Assembly (NCBI GenBank): GCA_038087875.1
Contig: CM075984.1
Location: forward strand, 3,100,001-3,164,000
Reading direction: 5' to 3'
Length of the DNA: 64,000 nt
Source: Malacoraja senta
Lineage: Eukaryota
The first letter of the stretch is position 1. Each line of letters opens with the position of its first letter. A program made the translations under genes and the position numbers. Of this stretch, positions 51,604 through 63,388 are shown piece after piece. A model generated the notes under the pieces. It ran no database searches. It worked only from the letters and a program-made list of their open reading frames with translations, and was not told the DNA's origin.

Positions 51604-53318
51604 ATTCTCCCTGCTATTCCCACACAAACCTATACATCATCAGCCTTCTCCACTGCCAGGAGTGAGATCCGCCACAAATTACAGAAGCAACACCTCGCAT
51701 TTCACCTGGGTAGGTTACGACCCAATGGTATGAACATTAAATTTTCAAATTTTTGATAACTCTCACCTCTGGCAAGTTTTCCTCACCACTCCCCATCTTC
51801 CCCATCCTCAGATCGTCTCTTTTTGTTCCCTTTCTCACACCCCTCAAACCCTCCCATCATTCCTTTCTGTTCCTTCCCCCACCCCCCCCCCCTCCCAACC
51901 ACGTCCCATTCCCCCCTTGTCCAGTTCCTTCCCACCTATATCTGAGACACCTCAGATGCCCACTCCAAGCTTTCAATTTCTAGGTCCCAATTGCCTCATC
52001 TTTACCATGGACGTCCAGTCCCTTTACACCTCCATCCCCCACCAGGAAGGCCTCAATGCCCTCGGTCCTTCCTCAAACCCAATCAATGTCCCACTGCTAA
52101 CACTCTCTTCCACCTGACAAAACTTGTCCCACCCTCAACAACCCTTTTGACTCTCACCTTCTCCAAGTCAAAGCTGTAGTAATGGGCACTCATATGAGCA
52201 CCAGCTATGCCCGCCTTTTTGTTGGTTACGCTGAACAATCCAGACTGTCGACTGCTCCCTATGCAACTTCTCGCTTCACTCATCCCTTCCCACCCAAACT
52301 ACCCCCTCCCCAAGTATTTTGCCTTGCTACTGCAGATATGTAACACCTGTCCTTACACCTCCTCCCTTGCCTCCATCCAGGGACCCCAGCGGTCCTTCCA
52401 GGAAAAACAAAGGTTCACTTGCACCTCCTCCAACCACATCTGGTGTTCCCAATGTGGCCTAATATATATTGGCGAGACTAAGCGTAGATTCGGCAATTGT
52501 TGCGCTGAACAATTGCGCCCGGTCCGCCAAAGCCTACAGGATCAGCGTGGGCCGAAGGGCCTGTTTCCGTGCTGTATCTCTAAACTTAACTAAAATCTCC
52601 CAGTTGCTAACCATCCCCATACCGTCCTTTTTGTCCTGGGCCTCCTCCATTGCCAGAGCGAGGCCAAACGCAAACTGGAGGAACAGCACCTGATATTACA
52701 CTTGGGCAGCTTACAGCCTAAAGGTATGAATATTGAATGCTCCAATTTTACATAACCTCTTATTACCCCCGTCCCCCTCCCCTTTCTCCCAGACCAACCC
52801 CTCTTCCCTTCATTCCCCACCTAGACCAGCATTGTTTTCTTCCCTTTCCCTCCACCTACATTCCTCTCTGGCTTCACAATTCACAACTCTTCAATCCTTT
52901 AAACCCTTCTGTCTCATGCCTTGTTTTTTCATCTCTGTCATTTGTCCAGCAATCCGAATAAAATAAACACCTCTCGCTTGTATTCACCTACTACCTGCTA
53001 TGCTTTGTCCTGGCCCTCCTCTCTTCTAGTTTTCTGCCCCCCCCCCCACCCACACTACAATCAGTCTGAACAAGGGCCCCAACCAGAATCGCCACTTATG
53101 CATGTTCTCCAGTTGCTGCCTGACCTGCTGAATTACTCCAGTACTTTGTGTGTTTTTTTTGCTGGAGGAATACAACGGGCCAGACAACATCTGTGAAGGG
53201 AATGGACATTTCAGTTCAGGAGCTTTCTTCCTATTGATGTATGCTCCCAATCCGAAACGTCGTCTGTCCATTCCCTCCAGAGAACCACTAAGTTCCTCCA
53301 GCAATTTTTAACCAGGGA

Positions 53319-53630
53319 GGCACGGTGGCGCAGCGGTAGAGTTGCTGCCTTACAGCACTTGCAGCGTCGGAGACCCGGGTTCGATCCAGACTATAGGTGC
53401 TGTCTGTACGGAGTTTGTACGTTCTCCCGTGACCGTGTGAGTTTTCTCCGAGATCTTCAGTTTCCTCCCACACTCCAAAGGCGTGCAGGTTTGTAGGTTA
53501 ATTGGCTTGGTGTATGTAAAAAAAATTGTCCCTAGTGTGTGTAGGATAGTGTTGATGTGCGGGGATCGCTGGTTGGCGCGGACTCGGTGGGCCGAAGGGG
53601 CTGCTTCCGTGCTGTATCTTTAAACTAAAC
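53319..53630 (+). mobile_element. Full-length HE1-type SINE
   Basis: A box TGGCGCAGCGG, B box GGTTCGATCC, HER1-like 3' tail ending TAAACTAAAC. Confidence 0.85.
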
Positions 53631-53914
53631 ATCAGGTCCTGCAACTTTATATAATGCGCTGTACAAGATCTTCATCAGTCTGAGCAGTATTTGTCTGAGA
53701 ACTAAGAATATATTGGGTTTGCAGTCCTAATAAAGCTTCATGCTTTGATAGCAGACCCTCAGAAAAAAATCTATTGCAGTGCAATATAACATTATCAGAA
53801 AATCAGTCAGCAAATATATAGCACAATTGAACTAGATATTACTGCTGCATTCTGTGCTATGGCACAGATGATTCTGGCTAATTACTGTAATAAGTTACTC
53901 TTCGTGCTTTTTAG

Positions 53915-53986
53915 GTGTTCATTAATGAAGGTGACCATGTGCAGGCTGGAGATCCATTAATGGTAATGATAGCCATGAAAATGGAG
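53915..53986 (+). CDS. MCCC1: MCCC1 coding exon (~exon 18), biotinyl-lysine AMKM motif
   Basis: tttag|GTG...GAG|gtaagc; 72 nt; VFINEGDHVQAGDPLMVMIAMKME; Lys codon at 53978-53980. Confidence 0.96.
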
Positions 53987-55631
53987 GTAAGCAAACACCC
54001 TCTTCCAAACAGTGCCCATTTCCTCTGTCATACTTCATCGTTTTCAACCACTGCAATTTTAATTCTTAATTGTCACTAAAGGGAGTATTTACATGACAAG
54101 TTCTATAAACTGATAGATCGCCAAGATATTCATTTTGCATTGCAAGCAAACATCATCTTTCACATTGTGACAGGATGATTATTTCCTAATAATATCTTGG
54201 GTCATAGAGTGATACACACTTCGGCCCAACTTGCCAACATGTCCCAGCTACACTAGTCCCACCTGCCCGTGTTTGGTCCATATCACTCCAAACCTGTCCT
54301 ATCCATGTACCTGTCTAACTGTTTCTTAAACGTTGGGATAGTCCCAGCCTCAACTACCTCCTCTAGCAGCTTGTTCCGTACACCACCCCCCCCCCCTTGT
54401 GTGAAAAGGTTACCCCTCAGATTTCTATTAAATTGTTTCCCCATCACTTTATTACCTATGCCCTCTAGTCCCCGACTCGCCTATTCTGGGCAAGAGACTC
54501 TGTGCATCTCCCTGATCTATTCCTCAGGTAGATGCACAGAGTCTCTAGCCCAGAGATTATTGGAACTGCAGTAGGCCATTTATTCCCACAAACCTGTACC
54601 AACAATAAATAAGATCACGGTTGATCAGTGAATTTACACCACAAATTGGCAATTTTGACATATCTCTAATGGTTTAGTTAACAACATTTCTCAATCTTAA
54701 ATATCAGATTAACAATTGATCTTGCATCAATTTTAGTGCAAGAGTTCCAAATGTTTGTCATCCTCTGTGTGAGGAAGTATTACTAAAACACATATCTCTA
54801 ATTTTCAGACTGCTCCCTAGTCTTCGACTCCAACAGCAGAAATAGTCTCTTTCCATTTACTCAAATAGCTTAAACTTCAAACAAGTCACCCACAACTTTC
54901 AGAATTCTGTCATCTTATAATTTAGTACTTGGAATACATGGATTTACATTTTGGTAAATCCACAATGCATTCACTCCAAGCCCAATATATCTCTATAATA
55001 CTAAAATTCTTCGTCTTGTTTGTGTGTGTGTGTGTCAATATCTGGTTTCCTATTTTCTTCCAAACACTAGGCCACACCCTTCCCATTTTCACACATTCTA
55101 CTCACATTTTTCCCGTCGAGGCGATAAATATCTTCCCATTGCATTCCCACTTATATTTCCGAAGTTGTTAATCGTTTAAAGTTTTAAAAACAGCCCGAAA
55201 ATCCACCCATTTCGGGAAAAAAAACCCCGAGTGACGTCACAATGCGCTCGCAAGGCAGGATGGGACACTCCGGGAGGGAGGGGCATTCCAGCACTCTCGG
55301 TGAACGAGGAGTGGCGGGGGCTGCCGATGCCCGACGCCTGGTGGGGAGGGTGGTGCTGGAGCTGGAGTGAAGGCCGAGCCCGGGGCTTGGGATGGGGCCA
55401 TGACCGGGGCTGAGAAAGAAGCCGCCGTTGGAACCAAGGATGAGCCTGCAGGGCTCTCGCATAACTTTTTTTCCCTGTTGCCAGCAGGGCAACCGTGACA
55501 GCTTTTTAGGTTGCCAAATGACAGTTTAGGTGGTCATTTAAGACGGTTTGCATGACTCGTGCGATAATGTGCTCGGACGAAGTGCATAGTTACCAGTCCG
55601 AATTATGCTCAATGAAGCAATCACATATTAT

Positions 55632-55852
55632 GTTCAAGAAGGAACTGCAGATGCTGGAAAATCGAAGGTAGACAAAAGTGCTGGAGAAACTCAGCGGGTG
55701 CAGCAGCACCTATGGAGCAAAGGAAATAGGCAACGTTTCAGGCCGAAACCCATCAGTCTGAAAAAGGGTTTTGGCCCGAAAACGGTGCCTATTTCCTTCG
55801 CTCCATAGATGCTGCCGCATCCGCTGAGTTTCTTCAGCACTTTTGTCTACAT
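55632..55852 (-). mobile_element. PLE pLTR fold-back insertion (subfamily 2)
   Basis: TSD TCACATATTAT; ~100-bp inverted arms. Confidence 0.83.
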
Positions 55853-56639
55853 TCACATATTATTTCTGCTTCAAATAACTCACAAACTAAACATATTCAC
55901 CAATCAAGGCATGATATATTCCACAATGACATGCAGCAAAATTATAATACAATATCTCAACTCTTTTTACACATTGCAATTAATGCAATTTCTATTAGTT
56001 CTTTCCACTTCCAAACAAAAATGTGGTTGGATTATTCAGCATATGATCAACCTGCATCAATAAATCCTGGACCATGGTAACATATATGCTTAACCATACA
56101 CACTACAGATTGATGCAAGCATGTTTTCTGTGAAGGACTGAAAATTACCATGACATGGCCATAGCATGGGTCGTTATTGCTAGTGGTACAGAAACACTCT
56201 GGCTTCCCACATAATTTATCCATAACAAAATATACAGGTTGCAAGGAAATTTCTAAAGGCATTTTATGATAATAGCTGTTAAAACTGACTATACCCATCT
56301 GACAGGTTAAACATCACACTAACTGACAAGAGATGGCTAAAGGACATAACTGCAGCAAATGTTCTTTTGGTAATATGTTTAAAGGTGTCAAAACAAATAA
56401 TAACATTGGGAATTAAAACACATTTGATTGTATTCCGTTATCAAACATAGTCACTGTTCGTTCTGAAGACCATGAAGCACAATAGGGTCAGGAGGTGTGT
56501 GAATCAGTGCGGGGTGGATAGATGGCGGGGGGGGGGTTGAGAAGGCAATCGGTGCGGAATGGATGGATTGAGGCAGGTGAATTAGTACGTGTTGGTTGGA
56601 GTATGTAAAATTGTAAGGGGAGAGCACGGGGGATGTCAG

Positions 56640-57362
56640 TCGTGTTGAATGGGGGATCAGTACGGGATGGATGGGGGGGTGTTCAGTACAGGATGAATGG
56701 GGGTAGACAAAAATGCTGAAGAAATTTAGCGGGTGAGGCAGCATCTATGGAGCTAAGGAAATAGGCAATGTTTTGGGTCGAGACCTTCAGACAGTTCCCC
56801 CCATTCTTCTTGAATGGAGGAATCGGTACAGGATGGATGAGGGGAGGGATCAGCACAGGAAGAATGGAGGGGGGGGTCAGGACAGTGTGGATCGGAGGGT
56901 CTGTGCAGGATGAATGGGGGATCACTACAGGATGAATGAGGGGATCAGTATAGGATGAATGGGGGATCAGTACGGGATGAATGAGGGGATCAGTACTGGA
57001 TGCATGAGGGGATCAGTACAGGATGAATGGGAGATCAGTAAAAGATGAATGGGGAGATCACTACAGGATGGATGGGTGGATTGGTGCAGGGTAAATGGAG
57101 GGTGGGTCAGTACGGGATGAATGGGAGGATCAGTGCAGTATGAATGGGGTGAGAAGTGCAGGATGGATGGGAAGGGGGGTCACTACAGGATGAATTGGGG
57201 GACCAGTGTAGGATGGATGGGGGGGGGGGGGGTGGCAGGAGAATCAATGCGAGGTGGGTAGGGTGATGAATAGATTTGGGGGGGGTAGATGGGGAGGGGA
57301 GCACAGGGGATGTCAGTGAGGACTGACTTGAGAAGGGAATGGGGATCAGTACAGGATGGAGA
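56640..57362. repeat. Degenerate ~21-23-bp minisatellite GGGGATCAGTACAGGATGAATG, interrupted by a pLTR fragment (~56704-56792)
   Basis: Direct inspection. Confidence 0.8.
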
Positions 57363-58451
57363 GGAGGGGTCCCAGGATAAGAGGGGTGGAGTACAAAAGA
57401 GAGACAGAGAGAGGGGGGGTGGGGGAAGGGGCAGAGGAGGTGGGGAGGAAGGAAGGTCAGCGCTCCTCGGACAACATCGCCCCGCTGCCTTGGCCGTCCC
57501 TGTCCAACGCCAAAGTGCCGCCGCCTCCCCTCCTCCGCCAGCCGACAGCAAGGTGCGGGGCCGAGCGGTGCAGCTCAGGATCTTTGGTGCAGCTGCTTCA
57601 GACGGCGGAAGGAGGCCTTCCCCTCCCTCCCTCCTACCGGCCTCGGCGTGCGGGAGGGGTTGTTTTGAAAGCGCCGTTGGTGGATTTGCAAGCTGAATCC
57701 GTTATCAGGGCGATAGCGGCCGCTGCTTGTAAATCCACTAACGCCGCTTTCAAAACAACCCCTCCCGCACGCCGAGGGAGGGAGAGAGGGAGAGGGAGGC
57801 CTCCTTCCGCCGGGCGGGGTGCGGGAGGAGGAGGCGGTGGAGCCGCTGTTGCCGCTGTTCGGGGCCCGTCATTCGCTCTGACCCTTCGTCACCCCGCACC
57901 GAGTATCTTTGCCCCGCAATCAAAGATACTAGAGGAATACAGTCGCCGCCGCCAACACGAAACGTCACGTTCCTATTCTCCAGAGATGCTGCCTGACCCG
58001 TGGAGTTACTCCAGTTTTTTGTGTCTATCGGTATAAACCAGTATTTAATTGCCAAGCCGGGCAAAATGAGTCGGCGTTTAGGTTGCCCGGTGGCACTTTG
58101 GGTGGTCAATGACACCCGGGCAACCTCTAATTTCGAGCCCTGCAGGGCCTGGATCCAGGGTCAGGGACGAGCCCGGAGATGAAATCGGGGCCTGGACTGG
58201 AGCCCAGGCAACGGCCGAGCTGACAGCTGGAGTCTACAGTCGGGGCCGGGTCGAGTACGAGAACCAGGCCGAGTTCCAGGCCCTGGCGTTGTTCTACGAC
58301 CTGGGTAGGTCCTGGGGCAGGGAATGGGAGGAGGATGAGGGAAATGAGGAGGAGGGAGATGGGGTGGTAGAGGGAGATGGGGGGGGGTGTGGAGGAGGTA
58401 GATGGGGAGGGGGAGGAGGGACATGCCCCTCCCTAAATACCCTCATTCCCA

Positions 58452-58642
58452 CTCTCTCTACCCCCCTCCCTCTCTACCCCCCTCACTCTCTACCCCCCCC
58501 TCTCTACCCCCCTCTCTACCACCCTACCCCTCCTCCCTCTCTACCCCCTCCCTCTCTACCCTCTTCCTCTCCTTCTCTACCCCCCTCCCACTACCCCCCT
58601 CCCTCTCTACCACCGCTCCCTCTCTACCCCCCCTCCCTCTCT
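58452..58642. repeat. C-rich simple repeat (CCCCCTCTCTA)n
   Basis: Direct inspection. Confidence 0.8.
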
Positions 58643-60717
58643 AGGGATTGAAGAGGGAGGGTATGGAGGAGGAGGAGGAGGGAGTGCTGGGGGATGAGGA
58701 GAAATGAGCCTCACCTGTGCAGTTGGGGGCTATGCGTGAGTGGTGCAATATTGCTTTGGGGGAAAGGCTTGTGTTAGGGGAACGGGTGAATGGTGGATTC
58801 TTGCGTGAGAAGAGAGGGTGGTGTGAAGGCTATTGCAAGGGTAGGGGGGGTAGAAGTAGTATGGCAGGAATAGGGTGAAGGGCACTAGGATCTAGTGGAA
58901 AGGTCTCAGCCACTCAGAATGTACAGAGCTGAAGTAGAAGCAAGTCATCCGTGATTGTATCACCCATTGTAGTCTAGATATAAAGCCCAGTGGTTTATTA
59001 ACCCTTTCATTATTTTCTCTGCCCTTAAGAGGTACAGAGAACTTGTATGATGTGTGCAAATATTACAGACCATTTTAACTGGTATTGTGTGCTCTTCACA
59101 TAGAATAATATGATATTTTACACTGACCTAAGATAGAAAAAGCCTTAGTTTAAAGTTTGGTTTTAAGGACACCTCTCTAATGGGGCAGCACCTTAGTGTG
59201 GTTTAAAGCTTGTCGAATGGAGCTTGAATCCACAGCCTGAACTAAGATGAAAATGCTACTTCTGCAATAAAGCTGCCACTTTAGATACATTTGATATTTT
59301 TTCAAAAGAATCCCAAGAGTAAAAGAATGCTATTTTTTCTTTAAGAAGGAAATATTGATGGCTGTTTATCTTACTAATGATGAGTATTTTTATTCCTTGG
59401 GTGTAGCCCAGTGAAATGTGCCAAGCTTTGAAGGTGTTAAGCATGTATAAGATATTTAAATGAACTTGTACAGAGTATAATCATGAGTTAACTGTAACAT
59501 CTTGAGTTAACAATATCTGGTTACTTCATGTTTGTGGGTTTAATTATTTCTGCAAACCACTCTCCCAGTTTTATCAACATAGCTGTGTGTCAGGTCAAGA
59601 ACCCTGCACACAACAACTGGGACATGAAAATGATGCCAATACTGTCTCAGTATGCTACTACAATATACACACTGTATCTGAGATGTTTATCTAATATGTA
59701 TCTGCTTATATATAGTGATACTTGTACTGAACGCTATACAAAAATGAATTACATTGTACCTCTGTACATGCGACCAATAAAGTACCATACCATGTTTAAA
59801 CTTAACTTTACCCCAAAAAATCAACTGAAGGCAAAGAAAGATGAAGTTTTATGATCATGTTAGCTAACATAACCAGAGGTTTCTTAAGTATATTGTGATG
59901 TAACTAAAATGTAATCATTAAACTTAATGACTCTCATTATTTAGTCCCATATCATTTTACCTTTGGAGAACAGAGAAAATACAGCACAAGAACAGGCTTT
60001 GGGCCACAGTGTCAACCATAATGCCAATGAAAACTAATTCCATCTGCCAGGACATATATCACTCCATTTCTCTGACTGTTGTTGTGCCTGTCTAAATGCC
60101 TCTCAAACATTACAATGGTATCTGCTTCCATCGTTTCCCCTGGCAGAACATTCCAGACTCCTTCCACTCTGTGTGTGTAAAGAAATACGGCCTCATAAAT
60201 TGGGTATCATTTGCAAAACAAGCATTTAAACAAATTTCCAAGAAACGTAATGGAGAGGGGTGAAAATGACTGCATGTAGAAAAAAATAGGTGACATACAT
60301 ACATGGTAGTTTGAAATTAATATGGATAAAATTGAGATTAACGTTTACTTGCCAATTAACATATCCCTTGATGACAAAGCAGCATTTGAGGTAATTTGAA
60401 TAATAAAATAGATGACAAAAAATTGTAAACAAATAAGAAATGTATCTGTATATAAAGTAAAGACGTTATTGTTTGCACATATATAAGATAGCAAATTGTA
60501 TGGAGTTGGTAAATCTGCATTGAGAATTGATGCAAGCATGTCATTACTTGGACAGACTGTGATGGATTCTGAATGAAGTTGTGGAAACAAACTGCCTAGA
60601 ATATGGTTAACAAGTGCAATGTATTTGGGTGGATGTACGTAGATGGAATGGAAGGCATTTTTATCTTGCAAATTTTAGAGAAGGGCAAGAATGAATTGTT
60701 GCTCTTTTTTTTTGCAG

Positions 60718-60831
60718 CATACAATAAAAGCTCCAAAGGATGGGGTGATTGAGAAAATTCTGCACAAAGAGGGTTCTCAAGCTAACCGACATGCTCCATT
60801 GGTAAAATTTGTGGAAGATGTTTCCCAATGA
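60718..60831 (+). CDS. MCCC1: MCCC1 last coding exon (~exon 19)
   Basis: poly-T tract then gcag|CAT; HTIKAPKDGVIEKILHKEGSQANRHAPLVKFVEDVSQ-stop (TGA at 60829-60831). Confidence 0.95.
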   Translation, partial: HTIKAPKDGVIEKILHKEGSQANRHAPLVKFVEDVSQ

Positions 60832-60906
60832 ATTTAACTCCGATTCTTTTGGTCTTTATGTGCAAAAACTGTGATTTACAAAAAACTTTTCTTTCATATG
60901 TCTGTG

Positions 60907-60912
60907 AATAAA
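60907..60912 (+). promoter_or_regulatory. Candidate proximal polyadenylation signal of MCCC1
   Basis: AATAAA about 75 nt after the stop codon, followed by T/GT-rich sequence. Confidence 0.55.
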
Positions 60913-61709
60913 ATTAGTTTGTTTTACTCCAAATACGTTATTTGGACCAATTGCAAATAGGCAGTATTTATAATCTACACTTAGAACAGCCTATTATAAT
61001 ACCCAAACTGCAACAAAAAGTCCTGTTTGTCTGTTACTTGGTAATTGGGCTATTGATTCTAAACTTACTTGATCCACTGGTTCTTGGCTACCTGGGAATA
61101 GTAGGGTTACATTTCAATGTGATAACCGTTTTAAATTCTGATGGAGAGTGTTTATAATTGCCAATGTATCTAATAGTTTTTGGCTTGTCACACTACAGGA
61201 TTTCTGACTTTTGATAATTTTTTAATATATGTAAATGTTACCATGCTAAATGTAATATTCTAATCTGTAACCATGAGCAAATATGTCCTAAAAATTATTT
61301 TCTGAATTCACTTCTTGCGCTTCACTTTAAGTTGAGGTGATTGGATTGTTTTTTATCTTTGTTGCATAGGTTGTGCATCTATGACCAGAGCACATTCACA
61401 TTATATAAACTCATTGATTTTTATTCTGTTAGTCTGCACAAAGTGTACCCAAGCGAGTCAGATTGTTTAAAAAACTTTACTTGCTCTTATTTCATAGAAA
61501 TTAATTGAGCCTCGTAAAATAATGATATTTCTCTACTATACAGTGTTACAATGGATATAGGTCCAATTTGCCCATACCAGCCAAAATGTCCCAGCTATAC
61601 TATTCCCACCTGCCTGCGTTTGGTCCATATCCCTCCAAACCTGTTGTATCCATGTACCTGTCTTAACTGTTTCTTAAACGTTGGGATAGTTGAATTCGAT
61701 AGACCATTA

Positions 61710-62016
61710 AGGGCCTGTCCCACTGTACGAGGTAATTCAAGAGTTCTCCCGAGTTTCCCCTGATTCGAATTTGGAGAATTACGGTAATAGCCGCTCGTAG
61801 GTACTCGGGGCTCTCGTGGACATTTTTCAACATGTTGAAAAATCTTCACGAGCTTTTCCGCGTTTCCCGAGTACCTGCCGTTAGCGTTACGAGCCGCTAA
61901 GAGACGTCCCGAGCTCCGACGTGCCCGCTACGTACATTCTACTCGCTTCCCATGAGTTAGATTTTTTTTTTTACTCGGGAGAGCACTTGAATTACCTCGT
62001 ACAGTGGGACAGCCCT
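61710..62016. mobile_element. Harbinger-like MITE, family C
   Basis: TTA TSD; ~45-bp TIR AGGGCCTGTCCCACTGTACGAGGTAATTCAAG. Confidence 0.8.
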
Positions 62017-62169
62017 TTAGCATATACTACATTGGAAATTGGTTGTAAGCTGAATGCTGCTGATTTCCTCTGGGTTATTGAAACCCATGATATAGAGAGG
62101 ATATTAAGGAGTGGAGGGAAGCACATTTGTTTAGCTTCTTGATAGGCGAAACCATGTTTTCATGTGATA

Positions 62170-62458
62170 GAAGCAGAATTAGGCCATTCGGCCCATTGTC
62201 TACTCCGCCATTCAATCATGGCTGATCTATCTTTCCCTCTTAGCCCCATTTTCCTGTCTTCTCCCCCTAATCCCTGATACCTGTACTGATCAAGAATCTA
62301 TCTATCTCTGCTTTTAAAATATCCATTGACGGCCTCCTTCTCTGGCAATGAATTCCCTCTGACTAAAGAAATGTCCTTTTATTCTGACCCTATGACCTCT
62401 GGTCCTAGACTATCTCCTGGTGCAAAAATCCTCTCCACATCCACTCTATCCAGGCCTT
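62170..62458 (-). mobile_element. CR1 3' end
   Basis: Reverse complement of the CR1 3' UTR seen at ~16200-16330. Confidence 0.7.
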
Positions 62459-63388
62459 GTATGAGTCAAAGGACAGCTTATTGGCACCAAATGCACCCAA
62501 GAATTAAAGAGGTAAAACCAACAGCCTGGAAAGTCAAGGTGGTAGGAATAACTGGGCTGGAGAATCATTTTAAACAAAGCTAAAGCCAATTAGTTACAGA
62601 GAAAATGTATTCATTTAAAGTTAGTGCTTTATGCAGCTAACTGGAACAGTTGTTTTTATTCTAATGTTATGTGGCAGCCCTATGGTACAGAATAAATTAA
62701 AAATCAGGTTTTGCAATTCTGTTTGTTGACATATAATATGGAAAGGAAACTCAGTATTTTAATTTTTTCATCATTGGTCTCAACCCCCTAAATAATGAAG
62801 CTACTTTTTTTGGACATTAGAAATAGAGGCAGATGCGAGATGAGTTATTTAATATGCGACTTTATTCTTGTGGTCGTAGATATTATGCATACGGGCTTTG
62901 AATGAAGGAATAACAGGTAAATACAAAATCTGAAAGTATAACCAGCAGAAAGTCAAGATTTCTAGAAACTTGATACATCTCTTTTGCAAATGTCATTCCT
63001 TATCCGGAAACGTAATGGCACAATCAATATGATATGAAGCTATTTATGGTTATGGTCATCTAGTGTAGCCTCTTATTATCCTTGAGGTAATTTTGAATTG
63101 TATTATTTGTATAAATATAAAGCAATTAAAATATAAAATCAGACATCGTGCCTATATAGTCTATATGCCAATTTTTGAGCAAGCAGCTTCTGCAGTGAAT
63201 GGGAAGAAACATTATTTCATATGGAATGGGGAAAAATATATACTATGGCAGCTATTCAGAGCTTACCACATGCCAAGCATTGTGACATGGAAATGTATGC
63301 TGGCACATGTGAACCACAAATAGAAGCAACTGTGCACTTAGACCCAGATTATCATCAGAGTTTCAGATTCCAGGTTCACAATTCAGAA

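Larger units (their letters stand above)
49780..53300. mobile_element. Cluster of PLE relics; includes a young minus-strand copy (~50714-51146)
   Basis: Repeated RT, EN and pLTR fragments; TSD ACATCTTCTCCCCAGT around the minus copy; hammerhead core at ~50774-50803. Confidence 0.7.
55449..58142. mobile_element. Putative hAT-like non-autonomous element inside an unclassified GC-rich repeat (~55065-58980)
   Basis: Termini CAGGGCTC / GAGCCCTG with subterminal GGCAACC/GGTTGCC motifs at both ends; no clean TSD. Confidence 0.45.

Noticed and set aside
21360-53630. tRNA genes at ~21560-21643, ~26992, ~30885 and ~53319
   Set aside because: A/B boxes run straight into SINE core and LINE-like tail; these are HE1-type SINE heads, not tRNA genes
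57289-58651. ORFs of 135-226 aa and a CpG-island promoter of a nested gene
   Set aside because: Low-complexity translations that run into a pLTR fragment and simple repeats; the region lies within a transposon composite
34772-62016. piggyBac or Kolobok (TTAA) assignment for the GGGCCTGTCCCACT MITEs
   Set aside because: TTAA is not duplicated at both ends, whereas TTA is in three of four copies when the terminal base is A or T
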